From the NCBI RefSeq assembly GCF_006345805.1, contig NC_042998.1, forward strand, positions 62,868,001 to 62,932,000: a stretch of DNA of 64,000 bases, given 5' to 3'. The stretch is from Octopus sinensis. Taxonomy: Eukaryota. Under the pieces are notes generated by a model. It was not told where the DNA came from and made no database searches. It was given only the letters and a program-made list of their open reading frames with translations. This document shows, one piece after another, positions 1 to 14,647 of the stretch (position 1 is the stretch's first letter; each line of letters starts with the position of its first letter). A program made the position numbers and the translations under genes.

Positions 1-52
<52 letters not shown>

Positions 53-603
53 CATACATACATATAGGTATATATGTGTATGTATGTATATATATACATA
101 TATACTTACATACATGTATGTATATGTGTATATATATATATATGTATGTGTGTGTGTATATATATATGTGTGTGTGTAGTGATATATTACGTGCCTACAT
201 ATGAGGAAATATATAGCGTATAACACAAGCACATATAAATATATATGGCATAATACATGCATACATATACATACACACTTACGCGCGCGTAAATATACAC
301 TTGTGTGTAAAAGTATAACGTATAATCTAATATATTTATAGCAACAACATGAATATATATATATATAGCAATATAAATCTGTAGAAAATGATACATCTGA
401 AAATATATTCATACTTTCAGATAGGTACTAATTATATACACATACATTCTTATATAAGTACATACAACATACACACATACACGTGAATATATATATATAT
501 ATGTCTATATACATGTATACAATATATACATATACATATATGCATACATACATACACACTCACAGGTACGCCCACACACTAATACACACACATATATATA
601 TAA

Positions 604-1425
604 TGGGTGCGTTGGATATACTGTCGTCTAAATTACGCAGAAGTGAAAGTAACAGATACCTCGTTTTAACATATATATTTACCTAAATTACATATAAATA
701 TCTTAGAATATTAAAGAATGTTTATATTCAATAAAATCGCCATTGGCTTCAACCTGTGCCTCCAGACGCTCAGAATTTCCTGCGACTCTTCTTGCCTTCA
801 TTTCATCTTTGTTGCTACAAATTTAGTCTCTCGCTCAACTACGCGCCATAGAATAATCAAGTGCGTTGAAGTCAGGGGATTTAGGTTGCCAGATTTTAGG
901 GGTGATGTGGTCGTGGAAAATGTCTGACAGCCATGACTAGGTTCTCCTGCTTGTGTTGCATGGTGCAGAGTCCTCTTGCCAGACATAGGATCTTCCATCC
1001 ACTTCAACCAGGGCAGCACTACTTCCTCCAGGCACTTGATGTAGGCCGCTGTGTTGAGTCTGAGGCCGTGTGAGAAAATGAATAGAGGTATAACGTCGTC
1101 ATCACTAATAATCTGTCCAAAACCCATGATTTACACCGGATGTTTGATTTTTATCACTCTCGGTTCATGTCTTCAGATTGCGCTTTCTTCAGATTGACAT
1201 CCAAACACTTTGAAATGTTCGTATTGGCGCTTCCAGGGCGAATGCCAGGCCTTACAGCATGTCGTTTCCAAATTTCTGGCAGGGTAAATTGCACCATGGT
1301 GCTGTTTTTCTCACAGACGATGACCAAACTAAACCTAGTTTACTGTGTAGTCGGCAATATCCCAAAGAAACAATGCGCAAGCCTGAAATTAAAAATATTA
1401 AATGGCAACAATTTACCCATCGCAG

Positions 1426-1428
<3 letters not shown>
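604..1428 (-). mobile_element. Internally deleted maT-type (DD37D) Tc1/mariner DNA transposon remnant
   Basis: Minus-strand translation of 990-841 gives YVWQEDSAPCNTSRRT*SWLSDIFHDHITPKIWQPKSPDFNALDY, with 37 residues between the 2nd and 3rd catalytic Asp. An N-terminal piece (MVQFTLPEIWKRHAVRPG) is joined by deletion to the catalytic region. Degenerate TIRs at 608-628 and 1404-1424 match 15/21. Flanked by (TA)n. Confidence 0.8.
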
Positions 1429-1485
<57 letters not shown>

Positions 1486-1766
1486 ATATATATACATACA
1501 TATATTTGTGTGTGTGCATACAAATTTGTAAGTATGTCTGAATAAATGTATGTACATATGTATTTGTTTGTCTTCGTGGATGTGTGTAAATCTTTTAATT
1601 TAGACATAGACCTATTAGCATCTATAGAGAAAGCATTTTAATGCATATCTATCTCTCTATCTAATTTCACATCTATCTATCTATTTATATGTTATATATA
1701 CATATATGTATCTGTGTTAATATATATTTGTGTGTTGTATACGTACTATGTACATATGTATGCATG

Positions 1767-1812
<46 letters not shown>

Positions 1813-2259
1813 ATATATATGTTAAATATATATATCTATATATTACTATATATATATATATATTTATATATGTATGTATGTATGTATATATTACTTGTTT
1901 GTACATATACATACATACATACATAAATACATAAACATGTTTCTATATAAGTACACATGCACATGTATAGACGTACATACATACACAGATCAGATGTGAA
2001 CATTCTCCTTACTTATGAAGTCACCCTTTCCCGTTTCTTAATCTTGATCTGCAAACATAAGGTAAAGAAAAAAAGGAACCCCAAATGAATGAAAGATAAA
2101 AAAAAGAAAAAAACAACCCAAAATCGGACAGACAAGGAAAAATAAGAAATCAATGAAAATGACATAAACAAAAACAAAAGAAACAAGGCAAAATAAGGAT
2201 GTAAAAAACCCGCATGAAATCATGAAAAGAAAAAGTATATCACGTCATATACATATATG

Positions 2260-2363
<104 letters not shown>

Positions 2364-2583
2364 ATATTATATATATATGTTATGTATATATGTATGTATT
2401 ATTATATACATATATATGTATGTATATATATATACATGTCATGTATCTATATATATACATATATACATTCATATCTATATCTATATTTATATATATATAT
2501 ATGTGTGTGTATATATATATATACATATACATATATATACATATATATCTATATATCTATATCTATATCTATATCTATATCTA

Positions 2584-2632
<49 letters not shown>

Positions 2633-2645
2633 GTCTATACCTATC

Positions 2646-2684
<39 letters not shown>

Positions 2685-2837
2685 TTCAGAAAACTGGTGC
2701 CTACGCACAGTCATGAATAAGTATGTTTTATAATTTTTATCATGATTGGCTTTTCCCAATAAACTTTATATTATTGAACTGGAATTAATAAGGGTATATC
2801 TATACATATACATATATGCATACAGACAGACAGACAG

Positions 2838-2868
<31 letters not shown>

Positions 2869-3032
2869 TTCCACATTCATACACACACACATAGATATAT
2901 TTATGTGTGCATGCTCATATATATATATATATATATATACATACACAAACGCGCAGACATTCATGCACATACATATGTATTAACGCACACACACATATAC
3001 ATATACATACATGCGTATATATATAAATATAT

Positions 3033-3082
<50 letters not shown>

Positions 3083-3446
3083 ATACACTTACATACATGC
3101 ACACATACGTACATGCATACATACATTCACACTTCTATATGTGTGTTTATAACATCTGCGTGCTATTTTTATGAAGAGTTGTAACCGCTATAAAACAACT
3201 CCACTTCACAATAATAAACTCCATCTTTCTTTTTTATATGAGTCTGAACCTAACCCACTCCAGTCAGTCACCCAAACAGTCCTTCCCGCCATCGCAAACA
3301 ATCGCACGTACAATGAACGCCTGCGTCTTATAGCAGTCGAGATACAATGACGGCCTAAATATGGTGATAAATTTCGCAGCTTTTTATTCTTCAGTAAATC
3401 ATTTTAGTGTGTATTCTTGTATATATTTTGGTATTTGGTGTATTGA

Positions 3447-3477
<31 letters not shown>

Positions 3478-3778
3478 GATGGTATTATTAGAGAGGGGTG
3501 ATTCTTTTTTCTTTCTTTCTGTACAGTTCGTGACTGCGTAAAGAAGGAAATAGGCGACCACATATGTATATATTCTCTGTCGAATGTAAAAATCTACTAT
3601 AATCAGTCATAAGCATGCACTAAAATCGATCGTGGTTTTCAAACAAACGCGCAGACACTATCTCTAATGTACACATACACACAATCACATAGGCACACAG
3701 ACATATGTTCTTTCATTTACTCCGACCAGCAGGTAATAAATCACAGAATTATACTCACTGAAGTAGTTACATATTTTC

Positions 3779-4194
<416 letters not shown>

Positions 4195-5043
4195 AGCAGC
4201 TATACACAGAAATGCAAGAAAAGCAACAACCAACGAACCAACTCAACCAAACAGCACCACCACTTGCGCCAAGAACAGAAACAACACCACCAACAACTAA
4301 AGATAAACCAATTCCACCACCAAGAACAACTGCTATGAAGACAAGCGCCGAGGATGAAGAAGTGACAATTACTACTCCCAATCCCCCAACAACACACTCC
4401 CCCACACCACAATAATACCTACAATCACACAAACACAAAATATTCATACTCCATCTCCCAAAACACATACACCACACCCCAACGGTCACCAACCAGCACC
4501 AACACCAACACCAACAACAAAGTCAACACAGTCAGAAATAGACCCCAATACACTTCCCCTCCAACCCTCTGATTCCTCTGACATGTCATTAGATGAAGAC
4601 GACACAGAGGATTGGCAAATAGCCACAGGGGGAAGGAGAAAAGGGGGTAAAAAAGAATAGAGAAGCAGACAAACAAAGCAGGGAGGTTTACCACGCCCGA
4701 AACTAAAACATCCGCAGAAAACAAACACATCAACACAAACACACTATCACCAAACCGTCACAACAATGTTGACAGCCATAAACACCAACAACCCCGACCT
4801 AATGGAATACATTAGGTCAAACATCAGCATAACCGAAAATGATCCAAAACAAAGAATCACCCACGCACAACACCACCGCAACACATTAAAATCATACACA
4901 TAACACAGAACACACACAGCACCTTGAAATCTCTCTACGCTGATGCAGTTGGGAGATTTCAAAACTATTTGTCCAAAAAACTGTATAAAAACCTTCTGGG
5001 AAAAGGCTGTGAGGTGAAGAACAAAGAACTTTCGGGCAGTAAG

Positions 5044-5110
<67 letters not shown>

Positions 5111-8100
5111 TTCATCTTTTCGATAGGAACATGCTCAAAATGAGCAGTATAAATGTACGTGGTTTGGGGTCGCCTTGGAAACAAGGCTACCTGTCAAACG
5201 ACATCAAGTCACAAAATCTGCACATCATAGGCATCTGTGAGACCAGACTCCACAGCTCGCGGCCACTCCAGCACATGTTCGGTACACATTTCGACATTTA
5301 TTTTTCTCCGTGTCTACCTAGAATGGGCGGAGGTGGCACCGCAGTACTTCTCCGGAAGAGTCTGGCCCTCAACATAAGAGCAATTTTCCTAGACCCGGAG
5401 GATAGGCTGGTCGTCTTGGATGTCGATGGCAGCAATGAGTGTGTATTTCGACTGATAACAGTTTATGCACCGTCCTTAACAGGCCGGCTAGATTTCTTTC
5501 GACGTCTAGAGGTTTTCCTGGGAACGTCTCGACCTTTACTTTTAGTGATGGATTGGAACGCCACTCTGGACACGCATCTAGACTACGTGCGCAGAGATAG
5601 TAATAGGAGGGGATGCAAATGCCTCAAAGAACTGCTCAGACGTTTCCAACTATCTGACAGGTACCGACTGGACCACCCGAATGTGTCAATGTGGACATGG
5701 AGCAACCGCATCGGGTCGTCCAGATCATACTTAGGTAGAGTATTCTGTAGGACAGTAGATAAAGGTAGTGTAGGTTGTCCACAATTCCATATAGTCAGCT
5801 ACACAGACCACAAATTTGTGACTTGTACACTTGACTTAGATAAGATACATAGGCAGGGTCCTAGTTACTGGAAGGTGAACCCGTCTTTCACGGAACGACA
5901 GGCTTACAGGGACCGGATTAGCACATTAGTTAAGAGAGCATTGACGGGTGCCATCGTCAACAACAGATGGGGTATGCTCTAAACAAAGCAATTAAAGCAG
6001 AATCGGCCAGGTACAGTAAGGCCCTAGCATTATACCGAAATAGAATAGAGGGAGACTTAGTTAAGAATTTAGAAGAGGCACTTAGAACTGGCATCGCGTC
6101 CAACGTGCTGGCAGCGAGGTTGGCCCTCGACCAACACCTCAACGCCAAACACGAAGAATGCATTGTCAGAGCTAGGATGCGTGCTGTGAGGAACGAAGGA
6201 GCTGGAGCAGCCTGAGGGGCCCGAGTGCTGGAGACGCAACGAGGCAACAGAGCCACCATCAGGTCACTTACAGATGAACAGGGGCGCAAATTACTCGAGC
6301 CTGAAAGGATGTGTGAGGCTTTTTAACAACACTTTACCAAACTGTTTGGGACAAGTGGTGGGTCAGAACGCAGAGTGGACTTTAGTGCCTACTTGCATGC
6401 CCTGCCACGACTCTCAGCAACAGAAGCGGAGTGTTGTGAAAAGCCCATCACAGCCGCCGACGTACGGGATGCGATGGCAGGCTGCGCGAGAGACAAGTCA
6501 CCAGGCTTGGATGGTCTGCCCTACGAACTTTATTGTCATATGCCAGACTTGTTTGGAGGCGTCTTGGCAGCTGTCTACTGCAACTGGCAGCAAAACGGGA
6601 GTATCCCCGCCTTTGTAAAGCGAGGAGCAGTGGCACTGTTAAGAAAGAATCCAAAAAAGGGGGACATCATAGATAAGTTCAGGCCCATCACTCTTATCAA
6701 CGTAGATTTGAAAATTTTGGCCAAGGTGTTAGCCGAGAGGTTGGCGCTTGTCATCGAGAAACTAGTCGACAAGGCGCAAACGTGCGCCGTACTGGGTAGG
6801 AATATCCATGACAACCTTCATCTGATGCGCTACATCATAGACAGAGTAGTTAAGGATCCTGGCATGGGTGGGGCGCTGATCAATTTGGATCAATCAAAAG
6901 CTTTCGATAGGGTAGACCATCACTATTTGGAGGCTGTCCTTAAAGCGGCTGGTTTCGGTCCCGTCTTCCGCGGTTGGAACGCTGCCTTATACAACGGAAT
7001 CCACTCGGTAGTTCGTGTAAATTGTCATCTATCCAGACTTTTAACATCTTGCGTTCGGTTCGTCAAGAATGCCCCATCTCATTGCTTCTGTATGTATTGA
7101 CTCTTGAGCGACTACTGTGGAAACTGGCGACGCCGAGGGGCATCACACGATAGCTGGGATGCGGTAGGAGCGTGTCTGCATAAGCGGACGACGTCACCGT
7201 CATAGTGTCGAGCCACAAGCACATCGACCTGGTCGGTGAGACACTAAAAGAATACAAAGCGGTAACGGTAGCAAAAATTAACCGGGAAAAGGCAGTGGGC
7301 TTGCGACTCGGCACCTGGAGAAGCAAGCCCGTGGCATCAAACAGCGTCTCCATCGTGGGACACTGGACCGACAGACCGTTTAAATTGCTCGGAGTCTGGT
7401 TCGGTTCGGACCTCCAAATGGAGAAGAACTGGGGCGAAATAACGACTAGGGTGGCCACTCTTACCCAGCAATGGGCTGACAGGAAGCTATCTCTAAAACG
7501 TCGGGCGGAGGTGGCGAACACGTACATCGCATCCCTCATCGAGTACCGTCTGACCGTTGTACCTTGTCCCGACCCTACCGTCATCAAACTGGAAAGCATA
7601 CTCTTCTGCTTCCTTTGGAAGGGAAGCGTTCCGATGGTTAGACGATCCGTTTTCTGTCAACACCCGCTAAATGGAGGTCTAGGCATGCCGTGGTTGATGA
7701 TGCGCAGACATCCGCTGAGACTGCGACATCTCCGGGGCTTCATAGATGGCGGGTACAGGTGTGGTCGCCTTTTGTGCGACGCGCTTTCCCGCAGCTCGTC
7801 TTCTTGGCCGAACTACAGTCGTGGATCAAACAGAGACCGAGGCTAGGCGAATGGCCCCGCGAGTGTCGCGTTGCACTCAAGTAACTCTGCCGTCCGGGAC
7901 CAAACTTGTGCGACTTCATTACAACAAAGGCGTTCTATAGAGGATTAGTGGAGGGGAGGTGTGACGACGTTCTCGGGCAGAATCTTGGCGTCGTCGAGGA
8001 ACATCTGACCCGCCTGTTCAGGACAACTTTCGGGCCGGGACCTATGGACAATCGCCAAAGATACCTGGCCTGGCAGTGCTATCGAGAAGCATTACCTGTT

Positions 8101-8846
8101 CGGGATAAGCTCTACAGGGACGGTTTGAGACACACAGAACCGACTTGCCCGAGATACGGTCAGAGCGACGAAACCGTTCTGCACGCACACGTGCAGTGTC
8201 TAACCATTTCAGACCTGTGGGCTTATGCCAAACGGCTGCTGTCACGTGTGGGCCGAGTCTATCGTGAAGATTGCTCCGCCCCCTTCTCCCAACCGGGAAG
8301 GCAATGCAGTTTTCAACGAACTGGTGGCCATGGTGAAAGAATATGTGCGGTGGACCCGAGCGAAAGGATTACAGACAAATACTACCTCTCTGTCCACTCG
8401 CTCATCAACTTTTTCAAGTACCACTTGAAAAGGAAGATGAGAATGGAGAAGCAGGTTTTGTCTCGTGAAAGTTTCAAAAAACGGTGGGTGAATATAGCAA
8501 AGATTGTGCGTCCGAGTGACGAAACCAGTTTGAGCATGATCCTGTAAATCGAAAAAAGGGAGAGAGTACTTTGATCTCGTGTTTATTCCGTGGTCTGTTC
8601 CGTAGGCTTTTCTTTCCACGGATAAATCTAATCTTGCTTACATTTTAAAAATTCTTCTGTGAAACACGATCCCTTTTGACCGTTTTTTAGATTTTATTTT
8701 TTATTTTTATTTTTATTTTTATTTTTTCCCGATCCCTTTTGAATGGAATTTTACTTTTTTTCTCATTTCCCCCTTTTCTTTTTCATTTTCGAAAAGAAAA
8801 GCTCTACATTTGTATTTTTCCCCTCTGTGTTCAGCCCTGTATGGCC

Positions 8847-8848
<2 letters not shown>
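4195..8848 (+). mobile_element. Tx1-type (L1 clade) non-LTR retrotransposon, 5'-truncated in ORF1, inactivated
   Basis: Probable ORF1 low-complexity tail at 4200-5040, a (CT)n spacer, ORF2 with APE, RT and C-terminal CCHC-like region, a T-rich 3' UTR at 8548-8848, and (ATCT)n on both sides. Confidence 0.88.
5131..8547 (+). pseudogene. ORF2 (APE endonuclease - reverse transcriptase - zinc knuckle) of the Tx1-type LINE, with frameshifts and stops
   Basis: Motifs SINVRGL, GICETR, DWNATLD, YTDHKFV (APE); KSPGLDGLPYE, FRPITLINVDLKILAKVLAERL, LDQSKAFDRVDH (RT). YADD is destroyed (TAA at 7181-7183, reading SA*ADDV). CPRYGQSDETVLHAHVQC near the C-terminus. Confidence 0.92.
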
Positions 8849-8937
<89 letters not shown>

Positions 8938-8953
8938 CCTTTCTATCTATCTG

Positions 8954-9125
8954 ATCCCTACACGATCCCTTTTGATCGCTTTTTTTTCCGATCCCTTTTG
9001 ATCGAAATTTTACATTTGTTCTCATTTTTTTCCTTTTTTGTTTTTATTTTCGAAAAGAAAAGCTCTACGTTTGTATTTGTTCCCTCTTTGTTCAGCCCTG
9101 TGTGGCCAATAAAGAAAGTTGTATA
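8954..9125 (+). mobile_element. Second, diverged copy of the Tx1-type 3' UTR ending in AATAAA (9108-9113)
   Basis: Repeats 8660-8848 (cgatcccttttga...cgaaaagaaaagctctac...gttcagccctgt.tggcc) after an (ATCT)n tract. Confidence 0.8.
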
Positions 9126-9306
9126 TCTGACCCCTATGTTCGACCCTGTGTAGCTAATAATGAAAATTATCTATCTATTTCTCCCCTTCTCTCTCCCCTC
9201 TCCCCATCTCCCCCTTCCCCCTCTCTCTGTTTTCATATCTGATAGATACATAATACATACATACCTGCATACATATATGCATATACTATTTGCATGAGAG
9301 ACATAC

Positions 9307-9375
9307 ATTTCTTGCCAATAAAGAAGGAATCGGTTTCTAAACTAGAAACCGATTCCTTCTTTATTGGCAAGAAAT
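9307..9375. repeat. Perfect hairpin: 33-bp arms, 3-nt loop
   Basis: atttcttgccaataaagaaggaatcggtttcta-aac-tagaaaccgattccttctttattggcaagaaat. Confidence 0.95.
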
Positions 9376-9844
9376 CTTGAAATAAACTGAATAATGACAT
9401 ACATACATACACGCAGACATAGATACATAGATACATACAAACATTCACCTTTGCTACCGACTACGTGGGCGGTAAAAATTTTTTCTAAATTTTTAAAATG
9501 AAAGAGAACATACGTGCACAAAATCACAGACAGACACACACGTACACATACATGCAAAACTATATACACGCACTTAAAATGATAGATTATTTGGAAGATG
9601 TTGCGTACTTCGAAGTTGACACAGCAAGTGGCTAAGTTGTAATAAAATAAAGGAAATAAAGTTGCAAACAAGAAATTTATTATTGCAGAATACATACGGT
9701 TAAAATATTTTATGAATTAGCTTTAAGAGAAATAATACAAGGTAAAACCAGTATGAAGTACAACTGCATTAACATGATGATGTGGTTAGATTAGCATAAC
9801 ACAAAGTCGAATTTGTGAGTTGCTATTAGCATTTCCTGGTTACG

Positions 9845-10243
9845 CGCAGGAGTGGCTGTGAGGTAAGTAGCTTGCTTACCAACCACATGGCTCCAGGTTC
9901 AGCCCCACTGCGTGGCGCCTTGCGCTAAAGTCTTCAACTTTACCCTCAGGCCGACCAAAGCCTTGTGAGTGGATTTGGTAGACGGGAACTGAAAGAAGCC
10001 TGTCGTATGTATGTATATATATACATGTATGTGTGTGTATATGTTTGTGTGTCTGTGTTTGTCCCCCCACCATCGCTTGACATCCGATGTTGGTGTGTTT
10101 CCATCTCCTTAACTTAGCGTTTCAGCAAAATGTTGATAGAACAAGCACTAGGCTTAGAAAGAATAAGTCCTGGAGTCGATTTGCTCCACTAAAGGCGGTG
10201 CTCCAGCATGGCCACAGTCAAATGACTAAAATAAAAAAGAAAA
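9845..10243 (+). mobile_element. tRNA-derived SINE family 1 (CORE-like, octopus OR-type), full length
   Basis: A box tggctgtgagg, B box ggttcagccc, body with ccttgtgagtggatttggtagacgg, central microsatellite, 3' tail ggcggtgctccagcatggccacagtcaaatgact. Confidence 0.85.
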
Positions 10244-10261
10244 GGGTGTCAGTTATCTTGT

Positions 10262-10462
10262 TTTCAAATTTGTGCACAATACCAGCAGTTTTATGGGAGG
10301 GAATATGAGGGTTATATCGACCCCCTTGGTTAACTGTTACCTATTTTATCGACACCGAAAAGATGAATGCAAAGTTAACCTCAATGGAGATTCAACCCAA
10401 AGCGTAAAGCCGGACGAAATATCGCTCAGAATTTTGTCCGGGTGCTAACGATTCTGCTAGCT
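10262..10462 (-). mobile_element. SINE family 2, degraded copy
   Basis: Reverse match to 43423-43638, including the tatcgac.ccgaaa.gatgaa central block. Confidence 0.65.
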
Positions 10463-10477
10463 CTAAGGAAGACAATG

Positions 10478-10636
10478 ATATTGGTTTCACATTCTGGGAG
10501 AGTGTGGGAGGTGTAAGACAATTACATAGACCCCAATATTCAACTGGTACTTATTTTATCGACCCCGAAATGATGAAAGGCAAAATCGACCTTGGCGAAA
10601 TCTGAACTCCGAACGTAAGGAAAGACGAAATGCCTT
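10478..10636 (-). mobile_element. SINE family 2, partial copy
   Basis: actggtacttattttatcgaccccgaaatgatgaaaggcaaaatcgacc block. Confidence 0.7.
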
Positions 10637-10783
10637 AAAGGGGGTCAATGATATTGATGATCGTATGTCAGGAGTTAGTGTGAATACCGTTAAATAAGAA
10701 ATTAATTAATTAATACTGATAAACTTTCTGAGAAAAATTTTGAAATAGATTGTATAACAGCAGTAGTGCGTAATATTCCGACA

Positions 10784-10990
10784 TTTTCTACTCTAGGTAC
10801 AAGGCTCGAAATTTTGGGGGAGGGGGCCAGTCGATTAGATCGACCCAGTACACAATTGGTACTTTATTTATCGACCCCAAAATGATGAAAGGCAAAGTCG
10901 ACTTCGGTGGAATTTGAACTCAGAGCATAAAGACAGACCAGCGCTAAGCATTTAGCACGGTATGCTAATGTTTCTGCCAGCTCGCCGCCT
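10784..10990 (-). mobile_element. SINE family 2, full copy
   Basis: Reverse match to 50883-51098 from the head (aaggcggcgagctggcagaaac) to the tail (ccttgtacctagagtagaaaa). Confidence 0.8.
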
Positions 10991-11161
10991 TAATATTCCA
11001 AGATATTACTAAAGAAAGTAAGGGAGGTAACTTACAAATTTCCTGAAATTGTAACTGATTAGAAAGATGTAGTATGTTTGTGTTAAATTCATATGAAAAC
11101 AGAGACGAGGTTAGAACAATGAATAGAGTTTTAATAGCGTTAAAAATATATTTGATATTAA

Positions 11162-11810
<649 letters not shown>

Positions 11811-13029
11811 CGTGAACAAATGAAAAAATTAAACAGCGAATGTAATTCTCACAAAATTGTACACCAAGCAACAACACTGGCAAACAAACTTTATCCATTC
11901 AAATATTAATTCTGTCAACGTTCCTACATTTTCTGAAATAGTACCACACATCATGGTACCAGATTTTCAAAATGTATATAAACGTTGTTAATGACAACTA
12001 CTTTTTAAAATTTTAAATGGAAGATAATAACAAGCGGCGGGAGCATTGTACAACTGAGAGTTTGGATTATTCTTCGCTGATATATCACATATCAAGTTAG
12101 AGTCTTGACATTTATTTTTGTTACATACAGTATTCAAATTCTTTCGAGAATCTTATGCCCTTGATCAGCCCAAATAGATATACTTCCAATACGATAGCAC
12201 AATGAATATCTTTAACAACTGCCAAAATTGCATTAGAATACATCTTGCATAGCAAATTATATTACTTTTCTTTTAATACGTAAATTTAATACGTAGTTTG
12301 TTTGTTTTAAACATAAAGATATACATTCACATTTAGGACACACACATAGATATATTTAATAATTTGATTATGGTGACTTCTCAGTTTTTCCAGGAGTTGT
12401 CAGATTGCCTGATAGAGCGTAGTGCTGGTGAAAATTCGAAATCAAAGACAATAAATTTAATTAAAATATCTTACACTTCACTCCTAGTGAGCTTTTCATT
12501 TTATGTTCAATGACTTTGCGTATCTATAAACATCCTTTAACTAAACGCACACTCACGCACACACACTCACACACACACACTCACACATATAATTAAGAAG
12601 GAGAGAAGACAAATTCAAAGGTCGATGTATATTCATTCAATCCATATTAACGAAATTCTCCATGGTATACAAGGTACATACATCGACGCATTCATCAATA
12701 TGATATATAAAAAAATTCTAAGAATTTATGAATACACACAAATACACGAAAATTTATAAATATATAAACATTCATAGACACATAAAGATTTATATACACA
12801 TAAAAGTTCATAAATATAAATATATAAAAATATAAGTCCATAAATGTATTTGCGAAGTCCAAATGTTCGAATTTTAATCAATGAAGAGGAAGATAAAAAG
12901 CGAATGTAAAATGATTCATAAGGAATCTAAAACGTATAAAATCTATGTATAAAATCTTACGGCCGTTTCGAAAAGATTTTGGTTGTTATGGGCGAGCTAA
13001 CTCCAACCATAGTAATTCTCTATATTTCT

Positions 13030-13300
13030 GGAGGCCCATGGCCTTGTGGTAAGAGCAGCGGACTCGCGGGTTCGAATCTGGGCGATGTGTGTGTTTATGA
13101 GCAAAACACCTTAGCTCCACTTGGCCCCGGCAGAAGGTAATGGCGAAATTCTCTTTCGCCACAACTTTCTCTCACTCTTTCCTAGCAGCTCACCTGCGGC
13201 AGTCCGGCGTTCCGTCCATGTGAGGAACTTATACGCCAATGAAACCGGGAAACCAGCCCTTATGAGAAAGGCATGGCTCGAGAAGGAACAAACAACAAAA
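13030..13300 (+). mobile_element. tRNA-derived SINE family 3
   Basis: A box tggccttgtgg, B box gggttcgaatc; shares gtgttta(t)tgagc.aaaac and cacaactttctctca blocks with 45918-46230; ends in aacaaacaacaa. Confidence 0.7.
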
Positions 13301-13975
13301 GCATACGTCTATTTGCATGTTTTACGTGGTATAAAGAAAAAATTGTTTAAAAGGTTATGCATATTTCCCATCATGTTTTGGTTAGAAAAATACCATTTCC
13401 AAGTCAATTCATCCATCAACGTTTCGAGACATTCATGATCTGAAAGAAAACATAAATCCGATGTTCAGCATTTTATCAGTTATAAGAGTATTCCCATGAT
13501 AGTTTGCATCATAATGTTAAGATCGTGAGTAACACGTCAATACTGCAAGCATTTCATTCATATTACAAGGCAGAAATGTTACTTGCGAATGGTTTTGCAA
13601 CCAACGATACTGTTCGAAGCTAAACATACGGGATTGATAAGAAAACTTGCTTCCGGCTTTTAATATAAACGATTCAAGTTCAATATGACACTGTATATAA
13701 CATATATGCATTTATATATTTAACACATATATGCATACATATGCACACATATCTATCATGTATATATATAAAATAAAATAAAAAGAGAAAAAGACAAGAA
13801 AAACAACGACGCGAGGTCGTGGTACTTGCAAAATATTAATAAGACGCTCAGAGAGAGAATGAAAGGGCGTTTTACGTTCCAGGCATGCATAGCCCTTGTT
13901 CAAAAGCAGGAGAAAGAGGAAATCCCAAGAGAAACAGGAAATACGGAGGAAAAAAATGATGAACAGTCCACATGT

Positions 13976-14019
<44 letters not shown>

Positions 14020-14034
14020 CACATATATATATAC

Positions 14035-14095
<61 letters not shown>

Positions 14096-14119
14096 TATAT
14101 ATATATAACTATCTATATG

Positions 14120-14150
<31 letters not shown>

Positions 14151-14523
14151 GACTATCTATATGTATATACAAGTATGTATATATTTAAATTAAATTAGAG
14201 ATAAAATCACTATTATGCAAATCAAACAGTGAAAAACAAACCAAAACATAAAAATAAATATAATTAATATAATATGCAAAATATATAAAATATAAAATTT
14301 AAAATTTAAATTATTTAAATTAAAATTTTAATTTTTTTTTTTTTAACTATCAAAAAGTATTAAAAAGTTTAATATAATATAATAGATATATATAAAATCA
14401 GTATGAGGATATTTAAACTTCTTATGGGAAGAATTTTAATCGAGTTACATTGGTTTAATATATTGTATTTTGAAGAATTATTTCTTCAACGAATATATTG
14501 TATAAAATATCAAATATTATCAT

Positions 14524-14623
14524 TAAGTTTGAAAACGGAGATCTAATGGATACAGATTGATGAATGAACTAATTAATTCATTCATTAATTTGTATCCAAT
14601 AAATCTCTCCATTTTCAAACTTA
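14524..14623. repeat. Imperfect ~100-bp fold-back (MITE-like hairpin)
   Basis: taagtttgaaaa...gatgaatgaa / ttcattcatt...ttttcaaactta. Confidence 0.8.
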
Positions 14624-14647
14624 CATATATATATATATATATATATA

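Noticed and set aside
12955-12982. Minus-strand CGAAACGGCCGTA with flanking aaaatct/agatttt pairing
   Set aside because: Stems III and I are present but the CUGANGA core and stem II are absent.
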